Shown here: positions 38,201 through 50,169 of the stretch, one piece after another | How the letters are laid out: the number at the start of each line of letters is the position of its first letter | How positions within the stretch are numbered: the first letter of the stretch is position 1 | Assembly (NCBI RefSeq): GCF_006345805.1 | Contig: NC_042998.1 | Span: 154,256,001 to 154,320,000 of the forward strand | Origin: Octopus sinensis | Lineage: Eukaryota | Direction of reading: 5' to 3' | DNA: 64,000 nt | Made by a program: the position numbers and the translations under genes | The notes under the pieces: generated by a model | What the model was told of the DNA's origin: nothing | The model's input: the letters and a program-made list of their open reading frames with translations, nothing else | The model's database searches: none

Positions 38201-40840
38201 TTGTTGTTGGCATCCTTTATGTCTCGGAGACAATGGAGTTGCGCATAAAATAATCTAGTCCGGCTTTTACATTTCATGTCCTAATACATCTTCTGCTGTG
38301 GCAATGTAGTCCTATCCTGGACAAACACTCCCTCTGGCAGGTGCCGCAAATGTAGCGAAGACTTTGCCTGGCTGGTTGACACCTTTTCTTGTCTTTCCAT
38401 TTCTCCTATCTCTCTATGTCACTCCTTTGTGTTCTCTCTTTTATGGTACGTCGCCAATCTCCATGGTTGCTGACAATTGCTTCCCAGTTGGTAATATTAA
38501 TGTTGCAGGCATTCATGTCCCTTTTGCAAACATCCTTGTATCATAAGAACGGTCTTCCCACAGACCTAGTGACCCTAGCAAGCTCTCTGTAGAATATGTC
38601 TTTGGGGATTCTGCCATCTTGCATACGGCTAACATGCCCAAGCCATCTCATACATCTTTGTGTGAGGAGTGCAAACATACTTGGTATTCCTGCTTGCTTG
38701 AGGACATCTTTGTTGGGGACATGATTCTGCCATTTGATGTGAAGGATTTTCAGGACGCAGCGCAGGTGAAAGATATTTAGGCGACGCTCTTGGCATGTGT
38801 ATGGTGTCCAAGTCTCACTTCCATACAGTAGAGTGCTAAGTACACATGACTGGTAAATCTTCATTTTTGTGGTCTTGGTCAGCTTATTGTTGCCCCATGC
38901 CAGCTTGGAGAATTAGGCCATCACAGCAGCTGCCTTGCCAATGCATATATTGAGCTCAGCATCAAGGGATAGGTTGTAGGTGACGGTAGAGCCAAGATAG
39001 GTAAACTTCTCCACCTCCTGTAGTCTGTGGTCTCCAATATGTATGTTTGGGATGCTACGTGCTTGCTCAAAACAGTTGATGAGCCTCTGTAGGGCTTCTT
39101 CTGTGTGTGATACCAGAGTGGCATCATCAGTAAATAGCATCTCCTTGATCAGGACGCTTCTGATTTTGGTCTTGGCATGCAGACGCGAGAGATTGAACAG
39201 TTTCCCGTCACTTCTACTGTGCAGAAACACTCCATCATCTGATGTCTCAAAGGCATGTGACACCAGCAGCGAGAAGAAGATGCCAAATAATGTAGGAGCA
39301 AGGACACAACCTTGCTTTACCCCGTTTTTTATTTGGAAGGCGGCTGATAATGAACCATTGTGCTGTATGGTGCCTTGCATATCATCATGGAAAGATTTGA
39401 TGATCCTCAGCAGCTTTGGTGGACATCCAATTTTTTGGAGCAGGATGAAGAGGCCTTTTCTACTTACCAAGTCAAAGGCTTTTGTCAGATCAATGAAGAC
39501 CATATATAATGGGATTTTCTGCTCTCTGGACTTCTCCTGAAGTTGGCGAATGGAGAATATCATGTCAATAGTTGATCTGCTTCTTCTAAATCCACACTGC
39601 GATTCTGGATAAATTTGAGAAGCAAGCAGTTGTAGCCTGGACAGGATAACGCGAGCAAAGGTCTTTCCAACAGTGCTTCGAAGAGATATTCCACGGTAAT
39701 TGTTACAATCACCACGGTCACCTTTGTTTTTGTAAAACGTAATGATGTTAGCATCCTGCATATCCTGAGGGACTGTACCCTCTTCCCAGCACTGACACAG
39801 CTCATGAAGGTGCCAAAGCAGGATGGTGTTTTTGTCAGTTTTGATGATCTGAAAGGGTATGCTGTCTTTTCCCCGGAGCCTTGTTACTTGCTAGGGAGTC
39901 AATAGCCTTGGTGAGCTCTACTATAGATGGCAAACTGTCAAGTACACACATGACTGGCAAGATCTTGACACCCTCGATTGCAGCCTCAGCTACCGTGGTC
40001 TCCCATGAGTAGAGATCCTGGTAGTACTCCACCCATCTATCCATCTGCTTGCTTTGGTCCTTGATAAGATCTCCAGTAGTCGATTTCAGAGGGGCTGACT
40101 TGGTTGCGGATGGACCGAGGGCCTTCTTCAAACCGGCATACATCCCACGGGTGTCGCCACTGTCAGCAGCTGACTGGATACTCTGACAGATTTCCTGCCA
40201 ATACCTATTTGCACAGCGTCTGGCAGTCAGTTGGGTTTTATTTCTTGCCATTCTGAGTTCTTCGAGTGACTTTGTAGAAGAATCACTCTTGTATTGCATC
40301 AGAGTCGCATGCTTTGCTTCGATAACTGTTTCCAACTCTGAGAGCCCAGCACTGAACCAATCTGGGTTTTGCCTTTCTCTCATGCCGAAAGTATCTATTG
40401 ATGTGGTATACAAAGCTTCCCTGATATAATTCCACCTACTTTCAGCAGAGGAGGTTGGGTAGCTACTGAGGGCAACCTTGATAGAAACAGCAAAACATTT
40501 TCGCAGTGTAGGGTCCGAGGTCCGGGCAGTGTTAATGCGTGGTCGGCCCATTTTCTTGGAGTGATGGACTTTTTTAGGCAGAATCCTCACCCTGCTTCTT
40601 ATTAGTGAATGATCTGTGTCACAATCCGTGCTGTGGTAACTATGGGTCAGTTGAACAGAATTCAGTAAAGATCTTCGTGTAATGATGAGATCCAGCTGAT
40701 GCCAGTAGTGAGATCTTGGATGTCTCCAAGATGCCTTGTGGGATGTCTAATTGGCAAAGAATGCGTTGGTGATGCACAGGTTATGGTATGTGCAAAATTC
40801 AAGTAGTCTCTGACCATTGTCACTCATGTTGCCAATACCA
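38201..40840 (-). mobile_element. 5'-truncated BovB-like RTE LINE, relatively young
   Basis: FGIGNMSDNGQRLLEFC; YKNKGDRGDCNNYRGISL; PESQCGFR; FIDLTKAFDLVSR; GVKQGCVLAPTLF; LFTDD; STLLYGSETW; RWLGHVSRM; short (CAA)n tail; long ORFs with few frameshifts. Confidence 0.93.
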
Positions 40841-40914
40841 AAACACATGCACTTGCATATATACATACATATATATATACGATTGATTTGTTTCAGTTCC
40901 TGTCTACGAAATCC

Positions 40915-40949
<35 letters not shown>

Positions 40950-41029
40950 CACACACACAAAGATAAATTGATAGATACAACTGAGTGGGCAAACAAAAAT
41001 ATGAGACACTGCGTAGTGCTTTTTTTATA

Positions 41030-41305
41030 TTTTGATAAGCCTGGTACTTATTCTATCAGTTTCTTCTTGTGAAACCAGTAAGTTATGGGGATGTAAATAA
41101 ACGAACACCAGTTGTGAAGCAGTGATGAGGGAGAAACACAAAGACACACACATAGACTTACATAGATATATATACATATATATATACAATTGATTTCTTT
41201 CAGTTTCTGTCTACAAAATCAACTTTGGTTGGTCTGAGGCTATAGCAGAAGACACATGCCAAGTTGCCCCACAGTGGGATTGAATTCAGGACCATGTGTT
41301 TTGGA
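41030..41305 (-). mobile_element. CORE-type SINE (partial; duplicated at ~37990-38195)
   Basis: Reverse complement of the 13716-14128 family. Confidence 0.75.
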
Positions 41306-41478
41306 ATCAAATTTATAAATGGTGGTTTCATATGATGAATTTCAGAGTGAATAACATAGCTGCTATATACAGCTGTCATCAGAAACCTGAAGAACACTTT
41401 AGTCCATCATTTTCTGCTTTTTTGATCCAGTTCATGCAATGTTACCATTTGATCAAAGTGATCTACTCCACTCATGTA

Positions 41479-43133
41479 TCTCTATATATATAAAACTGAG
41501 AATGTGTGTCTGTCTGTCTGTGTGTTTCCCTAAAACTTGAGAACTAGAACTACACAACCAAATTCATTCAAATTTTACACATGCCTTACTTAGGGTCCGG
41601 GGAGTGTCTTTGGCAAAAAATTTTTTTAACATTTTGCCTAGGGCGAGCCCACAGCAATATCATATCTTCTCCACTACGATTCCCTAAAACTTGAGAACTA
41701 CACAACCAATTTCATTCACATTTTACACATGCCTTACTTAGGGTCCATGTAGTTTCATGGGCAAAAAAAAATGTTCAACTTCTTGCCTAGAGCGAGCCCA
41801 TAGCAATATCATATCTTCTCCACTATTTCAGTATTACGTGCTAAAAGTGAAACAAAAACATTTCTCTATTTTATGTCAGATACTTTCACTTTAACAATAA
41901 AAATAATAATAACAATGGAATTATATGTAGTAAGTAATAATTAAAATCAAACTAAAGTATAATATAATCGTAACATAACAAAAGTAAAAATAGCAATTGG
42001 TATAAAATTGCATCAATGACTTGAACTTGAAGTAAGTGGTTTCACATGAATGGGAATAAATTAAAAATAAAATTTAAGTGCAGAAATTGAATAGTCCAGA
42101 TGGAGCTGTGCACATACCGTTTACCATGGCTTTTACATTAGATTAATTGCTAATTAGCTAGCATTAAGTATCTATATGAAGTTTGGCTGTATGTAATGTC
42201 TGTTTTCTCGAACAGCCACTTCTACTGAGTACTGCTGTTGGTTTATTTCTTATACATAAAGGACTATAGCTTCAACTGTGTACTGCTTTTTGATTCACCG
42301 AAAGGTTTGTTGTTATTATTACTGTTTAACTATTGTTATCACGTTTGTTGGTTCCTCGTGAGGGAAACGTTGTTGTGTTGCAGTTGTTAAATAATTGTAA
42401 ACTGTAACCCCCACCTCTGGGAGAAGGAGCTTTGGTTATTGTTTAAAAATTGAATTGTGTCCCTGTTTGGAGAAATTGACAATATTTTCACCGTTTATAT
42501 GGAAGCATTTTTGTTAGAATGCCTTCGATAGAAGAAAGTCTAAAAATGAATTTCGCTGCAGCTGTCGGCAGGCGCGAACTCATTAAAATTAAAATGGAAG
42601 AAATACAAACCTATTTCGGATTGATCACCGACAAAGATGGTGAATCTAGGATAACACCACCAAATGAAATAAAAAATTAAATTAAAGAAAAGACTATTGT
42701 CTATAAAGTATACAATGTAGAGAAGAAAAAAAGATTTGAACACCTGGAGGAAAGCACCATCGAAAAGTGTCTTGGTGCGGCTATGAAAGATATCTGACCA
42801 GAGGCAGTAAATTCGCCACAATAGAAGCGAGGTTCGAGTCAACGGAGCGTGCAAGGGAGTATTCGATTCAAACCTTGCAAAGTAAAAATATTTTATTTTT
42901 ACCTTTATATCTGGGACATAGGACGTCCCAGATAAAAATTTAAAATGTCCCCCCAGAAGTAGATGTAGGCTGGATTGTAGCCACACTTCTATCCAAGAGA
43001 GAGGACAAGATACAATTGATCGAAATTGCAAGAGACAGACCTACAATTCCAGTGTGTAATATCTACACATATATATATACACATATATACATGCACTAGG
43101 ACTATGACCCAGCAACGACGGGTCATAGTGCTA

Positions 43134-43134
<1 letters not shown>
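41479..43134 (+). mobile_element. Non-autonomous Helitron with captured sequence
   Basis: A|TC 5' end (tctctatatatataaaactgagaatgtgtgtctgtctg), internal ~150-bp tandem duplication (41526-41830), 3' hairpin actatgaccc-N9-gggtcatagt followed by CTAG|T. Confidence 0.82.
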
Positions 43135-43178
<44 letters not shown>

Positions 43179-43199
43179 CATATATATACATCTATATAA

Positions 43200-43480
43200 T
43201 AGTTTGACTTTAATAGTTTCAGTATTAAAGTGAAAGTATCTGAAAGTAGAGAGATGTTTTTGTTTCACTTTTAACACGTAATACTGAAATAATGGAGAAG
43301 ATATGATATTGCTGTGGGCTCGCCCTAAGCAAGAAGTTAAAAATTTTTTTGCCCATGACACTCCATGGAACCTATGTAAGGCATGTGTAAAATTTGAATG
43401 AAATTGGTTGTGTAGTTCTCAAGTTTTAGGGATTCACACAGACATACAGACACACATATTCTCACTTTTATATATATAGA
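43200..43480 (-). mobile_element. Inverted 5' fragment of the same Helitron family
   Basis: Reverse complement of the 41479-41895 region with a single copy of the internal repeat; begins A|TCTATATATATAAAA on the minus strand. Confidence 0.82.
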
Positions 43481-43489
43481 TATACATGT

Positions 43490-43690
43490 ATGTGTGTGTG
43501 TGTTTGTGTTTGTCCCCTTAACATTGCCTGACAACAAATGCTGGTATGTTTATTTCCCCGTAACTTAGCAGTTCAGCAAAAAAGACTAACTGAATTAGTA
43601 CTAGGCTTACAAATGATAAATCCTAGGGTTGATTTGCTTGACTAAAGGCAGTGCTCCAGCACGGCCACAGTCAAATGACTAAAACAATTA
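43490..43690 (+). mobile_element. CORE-type SINE 3' half
   Basis: tgtttgtcccc...aacttagcagttcagcaaaa...gactaaaggcagtgctccagc...aaatgactaaaac. Confidence 0.75.
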
Positions 43691-43704
43691 AAAGAATGAA
43701 AGAA

Positions 43705-44190
43705 CATCCTTTTCGATCAACTTTTTTTGAAGATCGTGATGATGACTACATCTTTCAGTTTTTTTAGGAACATGTTGGGATTCCCACATCTTCAGGATGA
43801 GGGTGAAGATATGGGTTTGCAAGGGTAAACCTCCATGTTTGATCAGCTCAAAAAGGACATTACGTGGGTCTGGAGACTTTCTTGATTTCATCTGCTTCCT
43901 AGCTTGCTTGTATTTGTGAAACATAGGCTTCCTGTTTATACGCAGCTGAGGAAGATGATTTAGAAAGTGTCTCAGAAAGTCCTCAGCTGCATTTGAATTT
44001 CTATTTAGGAGGGTGGAAAAATGTTCCTTTCAGTGCAAGAGTATGTCTTGTGGATCAGTCAGGATGTTTGTATTGTCAGCTGCTAGAGGGGATCCAGCTG
44101 ATACCCATACTGGTCCAAATATCTGTTTCATTTCAACATAAAAATTTCTTAAGTTCAACTGCTTTTTCTGCAGTTGTCTTAGATTTTTTC
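43705..44190 (-). mobile_element. BovB-like RTE fragment
   Basis: KQMKSRKSPDP..V.FELIKHGG.PL....FTLILKMWESQHVP. Confidence 0.65.
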
Positions 44191-44799
44191 CTTTACCGTA
44201 CAGGAAAATGTAAAAAAAAAAGACACTTTTAACAAAGTAAATAGCAACTTAATTGGATTCTGAATTTTAGAACAAAATAAGAGGAGTACTTGTTGACAAT
44301 TTACCTTGTACATATTTCAGTGTTGTCAAGGAAATGCATCTAAAAGCAATATCCAACAGAGCAGGTTTGGTTTTAGGCACATAAGATAAAGTTAAAATAT
44401 TCAAAAAACTTCAGATACTCTTTATTGTTACCATAACTACCATATTAAAAATTTTATGTGACACTATCAATACAATAACAATTTATGCAAAACAAAATCC
44501 ATATAACAACAAACAAGAGTAATATAAAGGGGCACAATCAGCATCATCATTGATGTTCTTTTAATGTCTACTTTTCCATGTTTGCACAAATCAGATGGGA
44601 TTTGTTGAGACAGATTTTCTCTTACTGGATGCCTTTCCTATCACCAACCCTCATGTACTTCCAAGCAAAGTGATATTTCCCTATGGTCAGTTGTGTTTTC
44701 AGAGAAGATTGGAATTGGAAGACAATGGTGATGCTCATCTGGAATTATCATGCAATGTCAAGACAAGGACACGCAAACATTCACATCCCAAAAATAATG

Positions 44800-45135
44800 T
44801 GTGTGTGTGTGCACGCATGTGTGTGTGTGTAAAATGGGTTTCTTTCAGTTTCTATCTACTAAATCCACTCTCAAGGATTTGGTCAACTAGGGGTTATAGT
44901 AGAAGAGACTTGCCTGAGGTGCCACACAATGGACAGTGGCAATGAACCCAAAACCATGTGGTTAAGAAATGAATTTCTTAAACTACACAGTTACTTAGTG
45001 GTTCGGCAAAAGAGACCGATAGAATAAGTACTGGGCTTACAAAGAATAAGTCCCAGGGTCGATTTGCTCGACTAAAGGTGGTGCTCCAGCATGGCCGCAG
45101 TCAAATGACTGAAACAGGTAAAAAAAGAAAAAGAG
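44800..45135. mobile_element. Two back-to-back SINE halves (5' half on minus, 3' half on plus)
   Basis: 44800-44990 is the reverse complement of the SINE head; 44991-45135 matches the SINE tail at ~13973-14110. Confidence 0.75.
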
Positions 45136-45566
45136 TAAAGAGTTAAGTCTTTGCCTTACAACAAAAGAAACCCCAAGCCTATCAATGGAGTCGCCTTAAA
45201 TAAGGAAAGGTTACATTGGATCATGTAGTCCTGCATATCTCTAAAAAGTTATGTTCGCATCTGGAATGCCCATGATCATAGGTCCTCTTAATGAGGACTG
45301 ATCTAGAGCTTAACAACAAAACAAATCCCATTACAAAAATAACAATAAAATACTTACCACACTCTAAAAAAATAAAATTACAGTATATTACTCTGTAACC
45401 ATAAAAGAATGAAAGCGAAATTGACTTCTATATTTGATCATAACTAAATATCATAAGACATTTCTATAAGTATTTAAGTGTCTCTGCTACTCTTCAACAC
45501 TTTTGATGTTAGAACACTAAAATAGTGATTTCTTACATTGGCACAGTAATAATAATGAAAACTTAC

Positions 45567-45728
45567 AGGATGAGCAACAAACATTTGATTCCGGTGCTTA
45601 AGCTCTTCAGATATCTTTGATGGAACAATGCAGCTGGCAGAACTGGCTAGTAGTGCTTCATTGGAAAGATATAAATCTATGGATTTTAGTACTTCTTTTT
45701 TTAGTTCAAGGTTTTCTGGAACAGATTC
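45567..45728 (-). CDS. CRYL1: CRYL1 coding exon
   Basis: Acceptor aaatag|, donor cct|gtaagt; 162 bp, phase 0-0. ESVPENLELKKEVLKSIDLYLSNEALLASSASCIVPSKISEELKHRNQMFVAHP contains the VPE, SSxSC and catalytic AHP motifs. Not in the ORF track because there is no in-frame start. Confidence 0.95.
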
Positions 45729-46245
45729 CTATTTAAAATGATAAAAACAAAATCGAAATATTTAGATTAAAACAAGAAGCTAAATTATGTCATATAGAGA
45801 ACAGAGCCCATTCTTTTCTAAGCAAAACTCAAAGGACAATTAGAACTAAATAGGCTGAGCATTTTAAGAATTAGTATTCGCTCTGCTTGTAGCATTGAAA
45901 ATGGCTATCCTGGCAGCATCATGGTTGAGTGCATTCAGTTGTAAAATCTTTGTTTCAGTATTACATTAGCAAATATCAAGATCTGCCAATTCTCTCCCAT
46001 GCATAAAATAGTGATTGCAAAACAATTACACAAGAGGTTGTGCTATCAGAGTATTAAACATAGGCTTATACAAATACAGTGAAATCATTAAGTTGTTAAC
46101 AGTAGGAAAGACAACTTTTAAAACATAAGCTCTACCAAAAGTAAATGAACATATTTACTAATACAAAAATACTATCATGAAAGTAAGAAATCTGGGCAAA
46201 AATAAAGTAAAAGAAGAAAAGTATGCATATGAATATATCTTATAC

Positions 46246-46480
46246 CTGAACATAAACAGCACCAGTAACGCAACTTTCTAAAGTCACAGTCTTTGATATG
46301 CGTTGATATTGCTCTTCAACTGATAGAGTGCCACGTAACAGGCCCAATTTCTCTAGATTTTTTAGCTGAGACAGGATATTTTCCAAAGCATTAGCCACTT
46401 GATCAGGATTGACATCAAACATAGAAACTTTATAGCCAGAAGCAGCAAACAGCATTGCCCAACTGCAGCCAATAAAACCA
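46246..46480 (-). CDS. CRYL1: CRYL1 (lambda-crystallin / L-gulonate 3-dehydrogenase) internal coding exon, NAD-binding Rossmann fold
   Basis: Acceptor tttttcctag| and donor cag|gtata; 235 bp (1+78x3). Translates (S)GFIGCSWAMLFAASGYKVSMFDVNPDQVANALENILSQLKNLEKLGLLRGTLSVEEQYQRISKTVTLESCVTGAVYVQ, collinear with the recalled CRYL1 N-terminus (GVIGRSWAMLFASGG...LSVEEQ...AMHIQ). Confidence 0.95.
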
Positions 46481-46969
46481 CTAGGAAAAATAGAAAGTAA
46501 TAATTATTTTTAATTGCTGGCAAGAAAATCTATAGAGATAACATAAAAATAATTATTTTATACAGAATAACATTCTTTGTCTGCATTCTATTTCACATAT
46601 TTGGATTAATTCTGAACAGTTTTTGAAGAATACAACTCATCAATAATGCACTCTTGTTTATTACATCAAGCTTTGACAATAAGTATTCAGTTTTTCAATC
46701 AATTAAACTATAGCCTTTAAATTTAACATGTAAGTCACTGACTATACTAGACATAAGCCTCAGGCTGACTCAGCATGACAGTATGTCAATAAGCTGTGCC
46801 TTTGAATTACAGGTTCAAGTCACACATGGAGTGCAACACAGTTTCTAACCGTAACCCAGTTTCACTCACATGACTTAAGTTCATCTGAGTATGGCAATAG
46901 ACAATTGTTCAAAATGCTATGCGATAGGATGGAACTTGTGAGTGTCTGTGCGTATATATTGTTTTATTT

Positions 46970-47335
46970 CTTTACTTGTTTCAGTCATTTGACTGTGGCC
47001 ATGCTGGAGCACAGATTTTAGTTGAGCAAATCAACCACAGGAACTTATTCTTTGTAAGCCTGGTACTTATTCTGTCAGCCTCTTTTGGCGAGCCGCTAAG
47101 TTATCACACTGACATCGGTTGTCGAACAATGCTGGGTGGGGGAGGGGACAAACACAGACACACAAATATATAAGATGGGCTTCATTCAGTTTCTATCAAC
47201 CAAATCAACTCATAAGGTTTTAGTCTGTCTCAGACTATAGTAGAACACATTTGCCCAAGGTGCCGTGTAGTGAGACTGAGCCCGGACCCATGTGGTTGGT
47301 AAGTAAGCTTCTTACCACACAGCCACACCTATGCC
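46970..47335 (-). mobile_element. CORE-type tRNA SINE
   Basis: Reverse complement of the 13716-14128 family. Confidence 0.85.
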
Positions 47336-47379
47336 TATATATATATATATATATATAGGAATATATATATATATATGAG

Positions 47380-48578
47380 GCTTGATTAATTTGTAAATAA
47401 AGTTTCTAAATAATGATGAATAAAACTGGACCTTATATACCTATACACCCTAGAATAACTTTGAAAGACCATAAGGAAAATTTTTACTCTAACCCTAAGT
47501 TTAGATTAATTTGTCCACGTAAATCAGATTTAGGTAAATTAAGTAAAATTATTCTGGATAAATACATGAATAGATTAAATGAATTTAATTACCTTAAACT
47601 TTGGAACAGTACTAATAATACTTTAAAATGGTTTCATAATACTAAAGATAAAAATAAATATAAATTCATTCAAATAGATATAGATAATTATTATTCTTCT
47701 ATTAATGAGATTGTACTCAATAAAGCCCTAATATATGCAATGATTAAGGTAGGAATGACCTCTGATGAAGTTAATGTTATTAAAATGGCTAGGAAATCGT
47801 TAATTAGATATAATAATAAATTATGGGCTAGGAAGGATACTAGAAACTATTTTGATATACCTATGGGGGCACCTGATTCTGCACAGGCCACTGATTTAGT
47901 AGGTATTTATTATCAGAACTTCAATTAGAACATTTAAATTTGGAGAGTGGTTTATATAGGGATGACCTTTTATTACTTACTAGAGATTGTACAAATAGAA
48001 AATTAGAATTATATAAAAAGAAACTTTATAATTTCTTTAAAAGATATGGTTTAAGTAATACTATTTATAATGAGAACTATGTTAATTATTTAGATGTTAA
48101 TTTTAATGTAATAATGGGTAAAACCCATCCATTCCATAAAATTAATGAAAATCTCAGATATATTAATACTTATAGTAATCATCCACCTTCTGTTAAAAAA
48201 TTGTTAATAAATAATGTAGGTAAAAGAATATCATTACTTTCTTATGATTTAGAGATTTTTAATAAACATGCACCTTATTATAATAAAGCCTTGTATGAGG
48301 CAGGATACAATAATAATATTAAATATTAAACATAATTATAATTTGAAGGAGAATAATTTAAATGATTTTTATAATGATAAACCTAATTATCTGAATTATG
48401 ATAAATTTTATTTAGGTATCTATCGTCTTAACAATAATAGGTATTTTGATGATATAAATCATACATTTAATATTGAAATAAAAAATAAAAATAGAAATAA
48501 TAAAAATAAAAATAAAAATAAGATAAAATTTAATTCAATTAATGAAGATAATAAATTTAATAATATTACAAAAAATAT

Positions 48579-48618
<40 letters not shown>

Positions 48619-48990
48619 TAAATAATAATAATAGATAAGAATTTGTATTATCATAATTTAAACACTTTATATAGGGTCCACTTCAAATAAAATTAAATCA
48701 AGAGTATCTCAACATATGTATTCTTTTAGGAATAAAAATCTAATACATTCAACAGGTCTCAGTAAATATATTTGGGACCTTAAATCTAGATCTATTAAAT
48801 ATAAATTAACTTGGGAGATTATTTGTAGAACTAAATCATATTGTATAGGGAGTAATTATTGTTCACTATATAATAACGAATTTAAAGAAATATTATTTAA
48901 TAACAATTGTGTTGGTAAACTAATTGGAGGAACGTAAAATTAAATGTAAGCATAAATTAAATTACCTATATAATAGGTTTAGCTAATAAA
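47380..48990 (+). mobile_element. Penelope-like retroelement (Naiad-type), RT + GIY-YIG, frameshifted
   Basis: ITLKDHKENF.SNPKFRLICP.KSDLGKLSK; IQIDIDNYYSSI; FDIPMGAPDSA; GLYRDD; YINTYSNHPP; LYIGST; STGLSKYIWDLK; W.IICR. Confidence 0.9.
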
Positions 48991-48999
48991 TAAATGATT

Positions 49000-50120
49000 A
49001 TACAAATTTATTAAGATATATTAATTATAGTAATATAAATTAATTTAAATATAATATATATATTTATTTTACTTATTATTTAGGCTTTAAATTTATAGTA
49101 AATAGTCATTTAAAATTAAATGCTAACATAAATTTATTTACCTATATAATACGTTAACTTATTTTTCAGTATGAATAAAACCTTATTTCTTTTTATGTTA
49201 TTTATTTCTTGTAGATATAATTTAATAGTATTAGAGTATAATTTACTATATTATTATATGTTATATTAATATATTTGAACAATATTAAACTTAAATATTT
49301 CATAATACATAAATGATTATATATAATTTTATTAAGACCTATTAGTTATAGTAATATTAATTAATTTAATATTAGATGTATATTGTACGTAATAATCATT
49401 TGAAACTTAATTTATAGTAAAATGTCTTTATAGTAAAATGTCATTTGTTATTCTATTTTTCTTATTGTTCTTTAATTCATGAAGCTTAAATATTTTTGTC
49501 TTTTTCATTAATAAATAGACCTATTTTTTTACATTTAAAATTCAGTTATATTATTTTCATTGACAAGCTAAGTAACATTTTTTGTTTATCAATATTATTT
49601 GGCTTTTGAATTGCATTGGGTTTGATTATTATTATCATTACTATTATTATTATTATTATTATTATTGTAATTATTATTGCTGTTGAACATTAATTTTATA
49701 TATAGTTTCTTGATAGTTATTAGTGATGATAGTTATTAGTTATGATATCTATTTATTTAGTATGCTTTATTATTATTTTCATAATGTGATTTAATGTATT
49801 AAATATAATTTAATTTGAGAATTAGTTTTGTAAGACAATACGTTATTTAATAATTAGGTGGTATATTTATTATGTAGTACTACATTTAAGTAAATTAGTT
49901 TTATATTAATTGATATTTTGGTCAACTATACTAATGAGTGAAATATTAAATCTATAGATACTACATATATATTAATATAGTTAGAATATTTGACCCATTT
50001 CCTATTTTTGATTCCAGTATTTATGGCTTGTACTAGCATTCTGTGTATTACTTAACATTAAGGTTTTTAGTATAAATTGCTTAATGGGTATAAGAGTTTA
50101 TATCAATTTTTATTAAATTA

Positions 50121-50160
<40 letters not shown>
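49000..50160. repeat. Extremely AT-rich low-complexity tract (probable Penelope 3' region)
   Basis: Almost no G/C, short internal repeats and (TTA)n; directly follows the Penelope ORF. Confidence 0.6.
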
Positions 50161-50164
<4 letters not shown>

Positions 50165-50169
50165 TTAAA

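Noticed and set aside
42540-43031. 163-aa minus-strand ORF as a gene
   Set aside because: Phe/Leu-rich antisense shadow of the decayed plus-strand frame inside the Helitron.
24673-46480. CRYL1 recruited as a lens crystallin in this animal
   Set aside because: The name reflects recruitment in rabbit lens; nothing in this sequence indicates lens expression, and the enzyme motifs are intact.
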